From Octopus sinensis (taxonomy: Eukaryota): a stretch of 64,000 nucleotides of DNA. The position numbers and the translations under genes were made by a program. The notes under the pieces were generated by a model. The model saw nothing but the letters and a program-made list of their open reading frames with translations. It was not told where the DNA came from and did not search any database. Location of the stretch: NCBI RefSeq assembly GCF_006345805.1, contig NW_021832223.1, positions 124,001 to 188,000 of the forward strand, given 5' to 3'. Positions 1 to 13,243 of the stretch are shown here, in pieces (position 1 is the stretch's first letter; each line of letters starts with the position of its first letter).

Positions 1-461
1 ATGAGCCTCATCTTTGTGGAAAAACATCTAAGCCCGTCAAAGTAATCTGAATAAAGGCAAATGTAATTTAGATGACTAATTTATTGAATAAAGGTAAATG
101 TAATTTAGATGACTAATTTGAATTTTAATTGGCTCTATCTTTTAAGGCATTTAAACATTAGCATTATCGACTTTGTTAAATTGCATAAATTCATTATCTT
201 TTTTTTTTTTTTTTTTTTTTTATTTTGGAATTTATATGTAATTGACAATTCATTATCTTAATAATAAAATGGTATGGTGTTGTCGTCTGTCTGTCTGTGT
301 GTTGTCTGTCTGTCTGTCTGTGCACACCCACATTCAAATTGTTACAAACCAGATCAAATTGTCAAAACCTTCCCTTTTGTAGTTATTCGATAATGAGGCA
401 CAATAAAAGGTTGATATCCTCTAAGAACCTTCCTGTCAAAAAATTTTAATAAGAAAGAATA

Positions 462-2005
462 TCCTCGATGATGAGGTACCCCAAAACCTTCAAGTCAATT
501 TTCTGCGTTTTTGTTAAAATGAACAACAAGAAAGTCCTCGACTCACATGATGTGGTCCCCCAAAACCTTCAAGCCAAAAAATTAAAAAAAATTATTTTCT
601 GCGTTTTTGTTAAAATGAACAACAAGAAAGTCCTCGACTCACATGATGTGGTCCCCCAAAACCTTCAAGCCAAAAAATTAAAAAAATTATTTTCTGCGTT
701 TTTGTTAAAATGAACAACAAGAAAGTCCTCGACTCACATGATGTGGTCCCCCAAAACCTTCAAGCCAAAAAATTAAAAAAAATTATTTTCTGCGTTTTTG
801 TTAAAATGAACAACAGAAAGTCCTCGACTCACATGATGTGGTCCCCCAAAACCTTCAAGCCAAAAAATTAAAAAAAATTATTTTCTGCGTTTTTGTTAAA
901 ATGAACAACAAGAAAGTCCTCGACTCACATGATGTGGTCCCCCAAAACCTTCAAGCCAAAAAATTAAAAAAATTATTTTCTGCGTTTTTGTTAAAATGAA
1001 CAACAAGAAAGTCCTCGACTCACATGATGTGGTCCCCCAAAACTTCAAGCTAAAAAATTAAAAAAATTATTTTCTGCGTTTTTGTTAAAATGACCAACAA
1101 GAAAGTCCTCGACTCACATGATGTGGTCCCCCAAAACCTTCAAGCCAAAAAATTAAAAAAAATTATTTTCTGCGTTTTTGTTAAAATGAACAACAAGAAA
1201 GTCCTCGATTCACATGATGTGGTCCCCCAAAACCTTCAAGCCAAAAAATTAAAAAAAATTATTTTCTGCTGCGTTTTTGTTAAAATGAACAACAAGAAAG
1301 TCCTCGACTCACATGATGTGGTCCCCCAAAACCTCAAGCTAAAAAATTAAAAAAATATTTTCTGCGTTTTTGTTAAAATGAACAACAAGAAAGTCCTCGA
1401 CTCACATGATGTGGTCCCCCAAAACCTTCAAGGTAAAAAAAAAAAAAATTATTTTCTGCGTTTTTGTTAAAATGAACAACAAGAAAGTCCTCGACTCACA
1501 TGATGTGGTCCCCCAAAACTTTCAAGCCAAAAAATTAAAAAAATTATTTTCTGCGTTTTTGTTAAATAAACAACAAGAAAGTCCTCGACTCACATGATGT
1601 GGTCCCCCAAAACCTTCAAGCCAAAAAATTAAAAAAAATTATTTTCTGCGTTTTTGTTAAAATGAACAACAAGAAAGTCCTCGACTCACATGATGTGGTC
1701 CCTCAAAACCTTCAAGCCAAAAATTAAAAAAAATTATTTTCTGCGTTTTTGTTAAAATGAACAACAAGAAAGTCCTCGACTCACATGATGTGGTCCCTCA
1801 AAACCTTCAAGCCAAAAAATTTAAAAAAATTATTTTCTGCGTTTTTGTTAAATGAACAACAAGAAAGTCCTCGACTCACATGATGTGGTCCCCCAAAACC
1901 TTCAAGCCAAAAATTAAAAAAAAAATATTTTCTGCGTTTTTGTTAAAATGAACAACAAGAAAGTCCTCGACTCACATGATGAGGTCCTCCACAACCTTCA
2001 AGCCT
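462..2005 (+). repeat. Tandem array, ~96-bp unit, ~16 copies
   Basis: Unit aaaatgaacaacaagaaagtcctcgactcacatgatgtggtcccccaaaaccttcaagcc(a)nttaaaaaaaattattttctgcgtttttgtt; variation mostly in homopolymers. Confidence 0.97.
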
Positions 2006-2714
2006 CGTGAGGCCATTAATTAGCTTAGCTATCTTTTTCGATGACATAAATTCTTTTTGTTAAATTTTCGTTAAAAAAAAAAATAAAAGCTCTAATTGTT
2101 ATCGACCATGAATAGACTGTGCAATTATCAGATTTTGAAAACCACTAAAAAGGAAAAAGCAAAAATTATTAGAGATTTACATAATTGATTCTTTTTAACT
2201 GCCGAAACTGACAAATTCGATTATGCTAATGTTTAGATTTCTAAAAAGATAGAGGCAAATAAAATTTAAATTAGTCATGTAAATTTCAATTTGCTATATT
2301 TAAATCTCCTTGATTTAACAGGCTTTAATTTTTTTCCTTATAATACTACAAAGATGAAGCTGATTATCATTTTCTTTACCGAAAAGACAAGTTCGATTAT
2401 GCTAAAGTTTCAATTCCTTTAAACATAGAGGCAATTAAGTATAATGGCTTTGATTGGATAATACACTTTACAAATTTCACTAAATAAATTTACGTAGAAA
2501 ATTAATATAAATTACTGATTCGCGTTTACAAAATCATAAGAATGTCCTATAAAGAGAGATCTGAGAATGTTAACAAACAAGAGAATATGAACCATATAAC
2601 AAAAAAGAGAAACGAGGGAAGATGTGCTTAAATGGTGAGGGAACTTAGACAACAGCTGAACAAGGTCAGGACTGCTGTTAGACTCAACTACGGGTAATAG
2701 AATTATGCATTCTA

Positions 2715-3512
2715 GGTTAATTGTTTGGGATGAATGTACGATGGCTCATAAAGGCGCATTCAAGCAGTTGACCGAACATATAGAGATATCAAGAATTGTA
2801 GCGACCATTTGTTTGGGGGAGCATTAGTTGTATTGGCAGGTGATTTTAGACAGACGCTGCCAATTATTCAAAGAGGGACGCCTGCGGATGAATTGAATGC
2901 CTGCCTCAAATCGTCATATTTGTGGACACACGTGAAAAAGGTAAGCTTAGATGTAAATGTACATGCACATTTACAAGGCGTTAATAGCATATTCCCACAA
3001 ATCCTTCTAGATATTGGAAATGGGGCAATCACTTCAGAAATGCACGACCAGAAAATTAGGCTACCGAAGAATTATGTATTTTCGTAGAAACAGCAGAAGA
3101 ATTATTGAATGCCGTCGATTCCGAACTATCTGAACACTACGTGAATTTCGACTGGCTGCGTGAACGAGCTATATTAGCTCCACTTAATGATGAGGTACTT
3201 AATATAAATTTAGATTTATTAATGAAAATCCCTGGCAGAGAAAGAATATATAATCGGTCGACGTTATTATGGACCATGAAAGGGCCTGCGATAGATTTAA
3301 GAGACTACAATTTCCGCTGAAGATAAGTTTGCTATGACAATAAACAAGGCCCAGGGACAGTCTTTAAAGGTAGTAGGCTTATTTTTAGAGAACGAGTGCT
3401 TTTCACATGGCCAGCTGTATGTGGGGTGCTCAAGGGTAGGTAGAAGAGAAATTTATTTATATTTGCCAAGGATGGACGGACTGCAAACATCGTTTATCCA
3501 CAGGCCTTAGAA
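2715..3512 (+). pseudogene. Helitron RepHel Pif1-like helicase remnant (frameshifted, internally deleted)
   Basis: [55 protein letters not shown] motifs. Confidence 0.88.
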
Positions 3513-4299
3513 TAAGGTTATATCAAAGCAGGTCGCATTTATATATCTACATAAATTTATAGTTATTTAAGGAAACTGCGAGCGTAGCGAGCAGGGCCTC
3601 CGCAGGAGCTAGCTCGCAGTGAGCGAAGCGAACTGCTGAGCTAGTAAATTTCTAAATTATTTGACTGGAAGGGATTATATATTTAATTGGTATGCAATTC
3701 TATTCAGATTGCTCTTTTTGCTGGAAGGGATTAATATTAAATTGCTATGCAATTCTAGTCAAATGCCTCTAACATAAACAGGCCTTAAAGCTTTTTTTAA
3801 ATTGAACATGTAAATTTTGGCGATCGAAAACAGTAATTAGCTTCATTTTGTGTATTATAAGGAAGAAGAGTACAGATAGTCAATTCAAGGTAATTTATAA
3901 ATGGCAATTTGTAATTTAGATGTCTAATATGAACGAATATCATTAAAAAAATATTTTAGAAAAAATACGTTATTAAATTTTTAAAGTACAAAATTGGTTT
4001 TCTTATTGTTGTTCATTTTTTTATCTGTTTGCATTGTTTTCATTTGATTTTAAGTTTTGCATTTTTTAATGTTTTTGGTATATATAATTTTTTGTGCATT
4101 TTTTAATTCTTTTTCCTTTTTAGTTTCATTGCAATATATTTTGGATTAATTTTCGTTGTTTGCATTATCTGTATTTTTTGTAATTATTGTTTCTGAGACT
4201 TTAGGAACACACACACGCACAAACACACTCACAAAAACACACTCACAAACACACACTCACAGACTCAGAAACACACACACAGAAACACACAGGCTTATA

Positions 4300-5340
4300 G
4301 ACTTTGTTTTTTTTTCATATTTTGTTTTATAAATTTGTTTTTTTATTGTGATTTTTTATTTTGTATTTCTATTGTGTTTTTTTTCTTTTTATAGTGTTTT
4401 ATTTTTTCTCTTTGGATTTTTCGCTTTTATATCATTTTTTTAATTTTTTTTTAATTTTTCTTTAATTTTTTTTATTTTTCTTTATTATTTTTTATTTTTG
4501 TTTAATTTTTTTAATTTTTTCTTTTATTTTGTTTATTTTTCTTTATTATTTTTTATTTTTGTTTAATTTTGTTTAATTTTTCTTTATAATTTTGTATTTT
4601 TTTAAATTTTTTTAATTTTTCTTTATATTTTTTTTATTATTCTTTATTTTTCTTTAAATTTTCTTTAATTTTTTTTGTATTTCTTTAATTTTTTTTTTTT
4701 TTTTTGATGAGTTAATTTATACAAACAAGACAAAAATTAAGATAGCTAAGTTAGTTAAAGGCCTCACGAGACACCCGACCAGCCGCGCGAATGGCGAAGA
4801 CGTTCCCTCGGATCACAGCAATCGACAGACGTTCCAGGAGCCAAGAAAACTCTCTTGGATCGTGACTAGTCCTTGAAATCCGTCGACCGAGCGAGCGAAG
4901 GAAGCGGAGTGTCTTGGGACCGAAGATCCCGGAGGACTCCAAGGCAATTGGAGTAAAGAGCAGCGAGTTGGACAGGTGGCCGTACTTGAGATCTTTCGCT
5001 CCTCGGCTTTAATTTTTTTTCTTGATTTCTTTATTTTTTTTCTTTATTTTTTTTATTTTTTTAATTTTCATCATTTTTTTGATTTGTATTTCTTTATTTT
5101 TCTTAAATTTTCTTTAATTTTTTTTGTATTTCTTTAATTTTTTTTCTTTATTTTTATTTTTTTTCTTTATTTTTTTTATTTTTTTAATTTTCATCATTTT
5201 TTTTTTTGATTTGTATTTCTTTATTTTTCTTTAAATTTTCTTTAATTTTTTTTGTATTTGTTTTAATTTTTTTTCATAATTTTTTTTATTTTTTTTTAAT
5301 TTTCATCATTTTTTTGATTTGTATTTTCTTCTATTTTTGT
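4300..5340. repeat. Strand-biased T-rich low-complexity tract, preceded by a CA-rich stretch (~4205-4290)
   Basis: Degenerate ttttctttattttttttatt-type repeats. Confidence 0.85.
4690..5006 (-). mobile_element. 5'-truncated CRE-like non-LTR 3' stub (RLE endonuclease C-terminus plus poly(A))
   Basis: ESSGIFGPKTLRFL..ERLSIAVIRGN; polyT on + at ~4690-4705; probable TSD ctttaattttttt (low complexity). Confidence 0.75.
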
Positions 5341-6534
5341 AGGGGGGATGGGGGGTGAGTATTTTGTTTTTGAGCTTAAAAAACAAATTAAATTAGAATC
5401 AACAGTCACATAACACACCGAGTAGTTATTTAACAGATTTAAGAACGATAAGATAGATAATTAAAACAGGCATACCCAAATAAATTTAAAGTTAACGCAA
5501 AAACAGAAATAAATAGTTAATATTTCTACGCGTTTTCGCATAAATGTCTTGTCAATAGATAATCAATTATGTAAATCTTTATTAAAATTTGCTTTTTACT
5601 TTTTAATTTAAAGATTAGCATACTTGAGGTTGTCAGTTTCGGCGATTAAAAAGATAATAAGCCACTTTTTTGAGATATTATAAGGAAAGATTTGAATAAA
5701 GGTAAATGTAATTTAGATGACTAATTTGAATTTTAATTGGCTCTATCTTTTAAGGCATTTAAACATTAGCATTATAGACCTTGTTAAATTGCATAAATTC
5801 ATTATTAAATTTCTAAATTACAGTAGACTATCCATTTAACGAAAAAAAATTTAACGAAAATATTCATTTTACGAAAGTCAAAATATTTTTTACGTTTTTC
5901 CTTAGATAAATTCAAAAATAAAAAATTTTTTTCTTTGTATTAGTGAATATTTAAATATATTTAACGAATATTTAAATAACGAAAATTAAAATTTTTGATA
6001 AAATTTTAAAATAATTATTCCTCGCTATTTCTTGTAGTAAAACATGTGTACAAGGGTGAACAATATGAAGAAAAAAGAAAACTTATCAAATTCAACAAAA
6101 ACTGGAAGTTATTGATTTCAAGAAGAATAATCCTGCTGTTACTCAAGAAAATTTGGCTCAGCGGTTTAATATGCCTATTGGTGTGATCAATTCAACGTTG
6201 AAGAAAATGCAATTGTATGGATCAAGGCGTCACAAACAAAAAAAAAAATTACATTTAAAAGTTGTACTGATAAGATATATGAACCACTATATGCATGGAT
6301 TCAGAACAAACGTTTCTGTAATCACACCATCTTAATAATAAAATGGTATGGTTGTGTCTGTCTGTCTGTGTGTCTGTCTGTCTGTCTGTCTGTGCACACC
6401 CACATTCAAATTGTTACAAACCAGATCAAATTGTCAAAACCTTCCCTTTTGTAGTTATTCGATAATGAGGCACAATAAAAGGTTGATATCCTCTAAGAAC
6501 CTTCCTGTCAAAAAATTTTAATAAGAAAGAATAT

Positions 6535-9500
6535 CCTCGATGATGAGGTCCCCCAAAACCTTCAGTCAAATTTCTGCGTTTTTGTTAAAATGAACAACAA
6601 GGAAAGTCCTCGACTCACATGATGTGGTCCCCCAAAACCTTCAAGCCAAAAAATTAAAAAAAATATTTTCTGCGTTTTTGTTAAAATTTTTTTTTTTTTT
6701 TTTTAAATGAAAAAAGAAAATGAGAGAACAAGTATCCGAACTAATTAAGAAGATCATTGTCTCCAGAAAACCCTTTCCATTGAAGATCCAACAAGGAATG
6801 TGCACAAGTCTGAGTCGTCCGTTATGTTCGGAAAGGGGAGTAGAACCGACTCCGTTACAACAGACATATGCATTCATTTTGTTAAAATGAACAACAAGAA
6901 AGTCCTCGACTCACATGATGTGGTCCCCCAAAACCTTCAAGCCAAAAAATTAAAAAAAATTATTTTCTGCGTTTTTGTTAAAATGAACAACAAGAAAGTC
7001 CTCGACTCACATGATGTGGTCCCCCAAAACCTTCAAGCCAAAAAATTAAAAAAAATTATTTTCTGCGTTTTTGTTAAAATGAACAAAAAGAAAGTCCTCG
7101 ACTCACATGATGTGGTCCCCCAAAACCTTCAAGCCAAAAAATTAAAAAAAATTATTTTCTGCGTTTTTGTTAAAATGAACAACAAGAAAGTCCTCGACTC
7201 ACATGATGTGGTCCCTCAAAACCTTCAAGCCAAAAAATTAAAAAAAATTATTTTCTGCGTTTTTGTTAAAATGAACAACAAGAAAGTCCTCGACTCACAT
7301 GATGTGGTCCCCCAAAACCTTCAAGCAAAAAAATTAAAAAAATTATTTTCTGCGTTTTTGTTAAAATGAACAACAAGAAAGTCCTCGACTCACATGATGT
7401 GGTCCCCCAAAACCTTCAAGCTAAAAAAATTAAAAAAATTATTTTCTGCGTTTTTGTTAAATGAACAACAAGAAAGTCCTCGACTCACATGATGTGGTCC
7501 CCCAAAACCTTCAAGCTAAAAAATTAAAAAAATTATTTTCTGCGTTTTTGTTAAAATGACCAACAAGAAAGTCCTCGACTCACATGATGTGGTCCCCCAA
7601 AACCTTCAAGCCAAAAAATTAAAAAAAAAATTATTTTCTGCGTTTTTGTTAAAATGAACAACAAGAAAGTCCTCGACTCACATGATGTGGTCCCCCAAAA
7701 CCTTCAAGCCAAAAAATTAAAAAAAATTATTTTCTGCGTTTTGTTAAATGAACAACAAGAAAGTCCTCGACTCACATGATGTGGTCCCCCAAAACCTTCA
7801 AGCCAAAAAATTAAAAAAAATTATTTTCTGCGTTTTTGTTAAATGAACAACAAGAAAGTCCTCGACTCACATGATGTGGTCCCCCAAAACCTTCAAGCCA
7901 AAAAATTAAAAAAAATTATTTTCTGCGTTTTTGTTAAAATGAACAACAAGAAAGTCCTCGACTCACATGATGTGGTCCCCCAAAACCTTCAAGCCAAAAA
8001 ATTAAAAAAAATTATTTTCTGCGTTTTTGTTAAAATGAACAAAAAGAAAGTCCTCGACTCACATGATGTGGTCCCCCAAAACCTTCAAGCCAAAAAATTA
8101 AAAAAAATTATTTTCTGCGTTTTTGTTAAAATGAACAACAAGAAAGTCCTTGACTCACATGATGTGGTCCCCCAAAACCTTCAAGAAAAAATTAAAAAAA
8201 TTATTTTCTGCGTTTTTGTTAAAATGAACAACAAGAAAGTCCTCGACTCACATGATGTGGTCCCCCAAAACCTTCAAGCCAAAAAATTAAAAAAATTATT
8301 TTCTGCGTTTTTGTTAAAATGAACAACAAGAAAGTCCTCGACTCACATGATGTGGTCCCCCAAAACCTTCAAGCTAAAAAATTAAAAAAATTATTTTCTG
8401 CGTTTTTGTTAAAATGAACAACAAGAAAGTCCTCGACTCACATGATGTGGTCCCCAAAACCTTCAAGCCAAAAAATTAAAAAAATTATTTTCTGCGTTTT
8501 TGTTAAAATGAACAACAAGAAAGTCCTCGACTCACATGATGTGGTCCCCCAAAACCTTCAAGCCAAAAAATTAAAAAAATTATTTTCTGCGTTTTTGTTA
8601 AAATGAACAACAAGAAAGTCCTCGACTCACATGATGTGGTCCCCCAAAACCTTCAAGCCAAAAAATTAAAAAAAATTATTTTCTGCGTTTTTGTTAAAAT
8701 GAACAACAAGAAGTCCTCGACTCACATGATGTGGTCCCCCAAAACCTTCAAGCCAAAAAATTAAAAAAAATATTTTCTGCGTTTTTGTTAAAATGAACAA
8801 CAAGAAAGTCCTCGACTCACATGATGTGGTCCCCCAAAACCTTCAAGCCAAAAAATTAAAAAAAATTTTTTTCTGCGTTTTTGTTAAAATGAACAACAAG
8901 AAAGTCCTCGACTCACATGATGTGGTCCCCCAAAACCTTCAAGCCAAAAAATTAAAAAAATTATTTTCTGCGTTTTTGTTTTTGTTAAAATGAACAACAA
9001 GAAAGTCCTCGACTCACATGATGTGGTCCCCCAAAACCTTCAAGCCAAAAAATTAAAAAAAATTATTTTCTGCGTTTTTGTTAAAATGAACAACAAGAAA
9101 GTCCTCGACTCACATGATGTGGTCCCCCAAAACCTTCAAGCTAAAAAATTAAAAAAATTATTTTCTGCGTTTTTGTTAAAATGAACAACAAGAAAGTCCT
9201 CGACTCACATGATGTGGTCCCCCAAAACCTTCAAGCCAAAAAATTAAAAAAATTATTTTCTGCGTTTTTGTTAAAATGAACAACAAGAAAGTCCTCGACT
9301 CACATGATGTGGTCCCCCAAAACCTTCAAGCTAAAAAATTAAAAAAATTATTTTCTGCGTTTTTGTTAAAATGAACAACAAGAAAGTCCTCGACTCACAT
9401 GATGTGGTCCCCCAAAACCTTCAAGTAAAAAATTAAAAAAATTATTTTCTGCGTTTTTGTAAAATGAACAACAAGAAAGTCCTCGACTCACATGATGTGG

Positions 9501-10090
9501 TCCCCCAAAACCTTCAAGGTAAAAAATTAAAAAAATTATTTTCTGCGTTTTTGTTAAAATGAACAACAAGAAAGTCCTCGACTCACATGATGTGGTCCCC
9601 CAAATTTCAAGCCAAAAAATTAAAAAAATTATTTTCTGCGTTTTTGTTAAAATAAACAACAAGAAAGTCCTCGACTCACATGATGTTGTCCCCCAAAACC
9701 TTCAAGCCAAAAAATTAAAAAAAATTATTTTCTGCGTTTTTGTAAAATGAACAACAAGAAAGTCCTCGACTCACATGATGTGGTCCCTCAAAACCTTCAA
9801 GCCAAAAAATTAAAAAAAATTATTTTCTGCGTTTTTGTTAAAATGAACAACAAGAAAGTCCTCGACTCACATGATGTGGTCCCTCAAAACCTTCAAGCCA
9901 AAAAATTAAAAAAAATTATTTTCTGCGTTTTTGTTAAATGAACAACAAGAAAGTCCTCGACTCACATGATGTGGTCCCCCAAAACCTTCAAGCCCAAAAA
10001 TTAAAAAAAATATTTTCTGCGTTTTTGTTAAAATGAACGACAAGAAAGTCCTCGACTCACATGATGAGGTCCTCCACAACCTTCAAGCCT
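6535..10090 (+). repeat. Tandem array, ~96-bp unit, ~35 copies
   Basis: Same unit as 462-2005, with the same variant first and last units. Confidence 0.97.
6687..6876 (-). mobile_element. 190-bp poly(A)-tailed retro-insertion inside the array
   Basis: polyT 6687-6704; 11-bp TSD ttttgttaaaa (6676-6686 / 6877-6887); absent from Helitron copy 1. Confidence 0.8.
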
Positions 10091-10814
10091 CGTGAGGCCA
10101 TTAATTAGCTTAGCTATCTTTTTTCGATGACATAAATTCTTTTTTGTTAAAATTTCGTTAAAAAAATAAAATAAAAGCTCTAATTGTTATCGACCATGAA
10201 TAGACTGTGCAATTATCAGATTTTGAAAACCACTAAAAAGGAAAAAGCAAAAATTATTAGAGATTTACATAATTGATTCTTTTTAACTGCCGAAACTGAC
10301 AATTCGATTATGCTACTGTTTAGATTTCTTAAAAGATAGAGGCAAATAAAATTTAAATTAGTCATGTAAATTTCAATTTGCCTATATTTAAATCTCCTTG
10401 ATTTAACAGGCTTTAATTTTTTTCCTTATAATACTACAAAGATAAAGCTGATTATCATTTTCTTTACCGAAACAGACAAGTTCGATTATGCTAAAGTTTC
10501 AATTCCTTTAAACATAGAGGCAATTAAGTATAATGGCTTTGATTGGATAATACACTTTACATAATTTCACTAAATAAATTTACGTAGAAAATTTAATATA
10601 AATTACTGATTCGCGTTTACAAAATCATAAGAATGTCCTATAAAGAGAGATCTGAGAATGTTAACAAACAAGAGAATATGAACCATATAACAAAAAAAGA
10701 GAAACGAGGGAAGATGTGCTTAAATGGTGAGGGAACTTAGACAACAGCTGAACAAGGTCAGGACTGCTGTTAGACTCAACTACGGGTAATAGAATTATGC
10801 ATTCTAGGTTAATT

Positions 10815-11608
10815 GTTTGGGATGAATGTACGATGGCTCATAAAGGCGCATTCAAGCAGTTGACCGAACATATAGAGATATCAAGAATTGTAGCGACCAT
10901 TTGTTTGGGGAGCATTAGTTGTATTGGCAGGTGATTTTAGACAGACGCTGCCAATTATTCAAAGAGGGACGCCTGCGGATGAATTGAATGCCTGCCTCAA
11001 ATCGTCATATTTGTGGACACACGTGAAAAAGGTAAGCTTAGATGTAAATGTACATGCACATTTACAAGGCGTTAATAGCATATTCCCACAAATCCTTCTA
11101 GATATTGGAAATGGGGCAATCACTTCAGAAATGCACGACCAGAAAATTAGGCTACCGGAAGAATTATGTATTTTCGTAGAAACAGCAGAAGAATTATTGA
11201 ATGCCGTCTATTCCGAACTATCTGAACACTACGTGAATTTCGACTGGCTGCGTGAACGAGCTATATTAGCTCCACTTAATGATGAGGTACTTAATATAAA
11301 TTTAGATTTATTAATGAAAATCCCTGGCAGAGAAAGAATATTAAATCGGTCGACGTTATTATGGACCATGAAAGGGTTTGCGATAGATTTAAGAGACTAC
11401 AATTCCGCTGAAGATAGTAGTTTTGCTATGACAATAACAAGGCCAGGGACAGTCTTTTAAGGTAGTAGGCTTATTTTTAGAGAACGAGTGCTTTTCACAT
11501 GGCAGCTGTATGTGGGGTGCTCAAGGGTAGGTAGAAGAAGAGAAATTTATTTATATTTGCCAAGGATGGACGGACTGCAAACATCGTTTATCCACAGGCC
11601 TTAGAATA
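10815..11608 (+). pseudogene. Helitron Pif1-like helicase remnant (copy 2)
   Basis: AGDFRQTLPIIQRGTPADELNACLKSSYLW; near-identical to 2715-3512. Confidence 0.88.
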
Positions 11609-13243
11609 AGGTTATATCAAAGCAGGTCGCATTTATATATCTACATAAATTTATAGTTATTTAAGGAAACTGCGAGCGTAGCGAGCAGGGCCTCCGCAGG
11701 AGCTAGCTCGCAGTGAGCGAAGCGAACTGCTGAGCTAGTAACTAATGAAATGGTACGTGAAATGGCAGTCAAAATTGCTCAACGATTTTATATTGAAAAT
11801 TTCAAAGCATCTCACCCATGGATTTCACGCTTTAAGGAAGAGTATGGAAGGAGATAAAGAGCATCCGTTGGTAATCGGAAAATTCAAAAATCCTCATGGT
11901 TTTAAAAATATTAATTGAATAATCTTGGGATTCAATATGCAAATAGCAATAAATCTTGGATGACCAGTTTAATTTTTAAAAACGGGTTGAACGGTTAAAT
12001 TCCAAAATGAGTGTGGAAAATAGAAAGATTTTGCTTCTTTTATATAATGCGCCAGTTCACTATTTTGATGGCGAATTCAGTAATATCGATTGTATTTTCT
12101 TCTTCCAAGACAACATCTAAGATTCAACCAATTGATCAAGGGATTGTGCATTCATTAATCGTTGTATAAAAAAGGAATGACTAGAAATTTGAGTATGGGA
12201 ACAAATATAGGAACATTGTCATATACACATGAACTTACCAAATTCAAATTAGTGAATGCTCTACCTTTAATTATTGAGGCTTGGAACGAAGTCACAGTGG
12301 ACACTATCAAAAATTGCTTTAACAAGGCATTAAATAATTGGGCGAAGATAGATGAAAAAATACTTGAAGAATCCACTGACGAAAAAGGTATTAAATTTAA
12401 ATCACCTTACAATTAGAGATAATAAAAAGTGAAATTATGATTGAGTTTCCTGTCTGTGCACCTGTCGTCTGCGAAGAAAACGCGTATCTTGATACAATAC
12501 AATGTGAGGAAGAAAATGAGCATGAAGAAATAGATAGCACAAATGACAATCCCATTGGTTATGCAGATGCACTTAAATATTTGGAAAATATTGAAAAATA
12601 TTTTTTGCAAGAATCTGGTGAACATATTCACCTAATTACAAATTTGAGAAATATATTGGCAAAAATTAAAAAGAAAGAACCTAAAATTACCGATTACATG
12701 ACACATTTTTAATTAAACAATTTTTTTCGTTAAATTCATTTAACGAATGCTCAATTTTCATTTTCGTTAAATGAATAGTCTACTGTATTTGACTGGAAGG
12801 GATTATATATTTAATTGGTATGCAATTCTATTCAGATTGCCTCTTTTGGCTGGAAGGGATTATATATTAAATTTGCTATGCAATTCTATTCAAATTGCCT
12901 CTAACATAAACAGGCCTTAAAGCTTTTTTTAAATTGAACATGTAAATTTTGGCGATCGAAAACAGTAATTAGCTTCATCTTTTGTGTATTATAAGGAAGA
13001 AGAGTACAGATAGTCAATTCAAGGTAATTTATAAATGGCAATTTGTAATTTAGATGTCTAATATGAACGAATATCATTAAAAAAATATTTAGAAAAAATA
13101 CGTTATTAAATTTTTAAAGTACAAAATTGGTTTTCTTTATTGTTGTTCATTTTTTTTATCTGTTTGCATTGTTTTCATTTGATTTTAAGTTTTGCATTTT
13201 TTAATGTATTTTGGTATATATAATTTTTTGTGTGCATTTTTTA

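Larger units (their letters stand above)
256..3644 (+). mobile_element. Non-autonomous Helitron, copy 1 (internal ~96-bp array plus Pif1-helicase remnant)
   Basis: 5' A|TC (tcttaataataaaatgg, then a (GTCT)n tract); 3' GCAGT..GCGAAGC..ACTGC hairpin then CTAG|T at 3641-3645; no TSD; near-identical to 6330-11738; near-empty site at ~5795-5820. Confidence 0.9.
6330..11738 (+). mobile_element. Non-autonomous Helitron, copy 2
   Basis: A|TC at 6330, CTAG|T at 11735-11739; same termini and Pif1 remnant as copy 1 but a longer array. Confidence 0.92.
5821..12785 (+). mobile_element. pogo/Tigger DNA transposon (~1.56 kb, internally deleted) interrupted by Helitron copy 2
   Basis: TIRs cagtagactatccatttaacgaaaa / ttttcgttaaatgaatagtctactg; TA TSD; CENP-B HTH frame rejoins across the Helitron (NHT|ITNEMVREMA); DDE fragment IQPIDQGIV; empty site at ~3655; putative 29-nt intron 12388-12416. 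Confidence 0.92.

Noticed and set aside
468-9941. MNNKKVLDSHDVVPQ repeat ORFs as genes
   Set aside because: They are translations of the satellite, broken at random by homopolymer changes
462-10090. CRISPR-like array
   Set aside because: Units are head-to-tail with no unique spacers, there are no cas genes, and the context is eukaryotic
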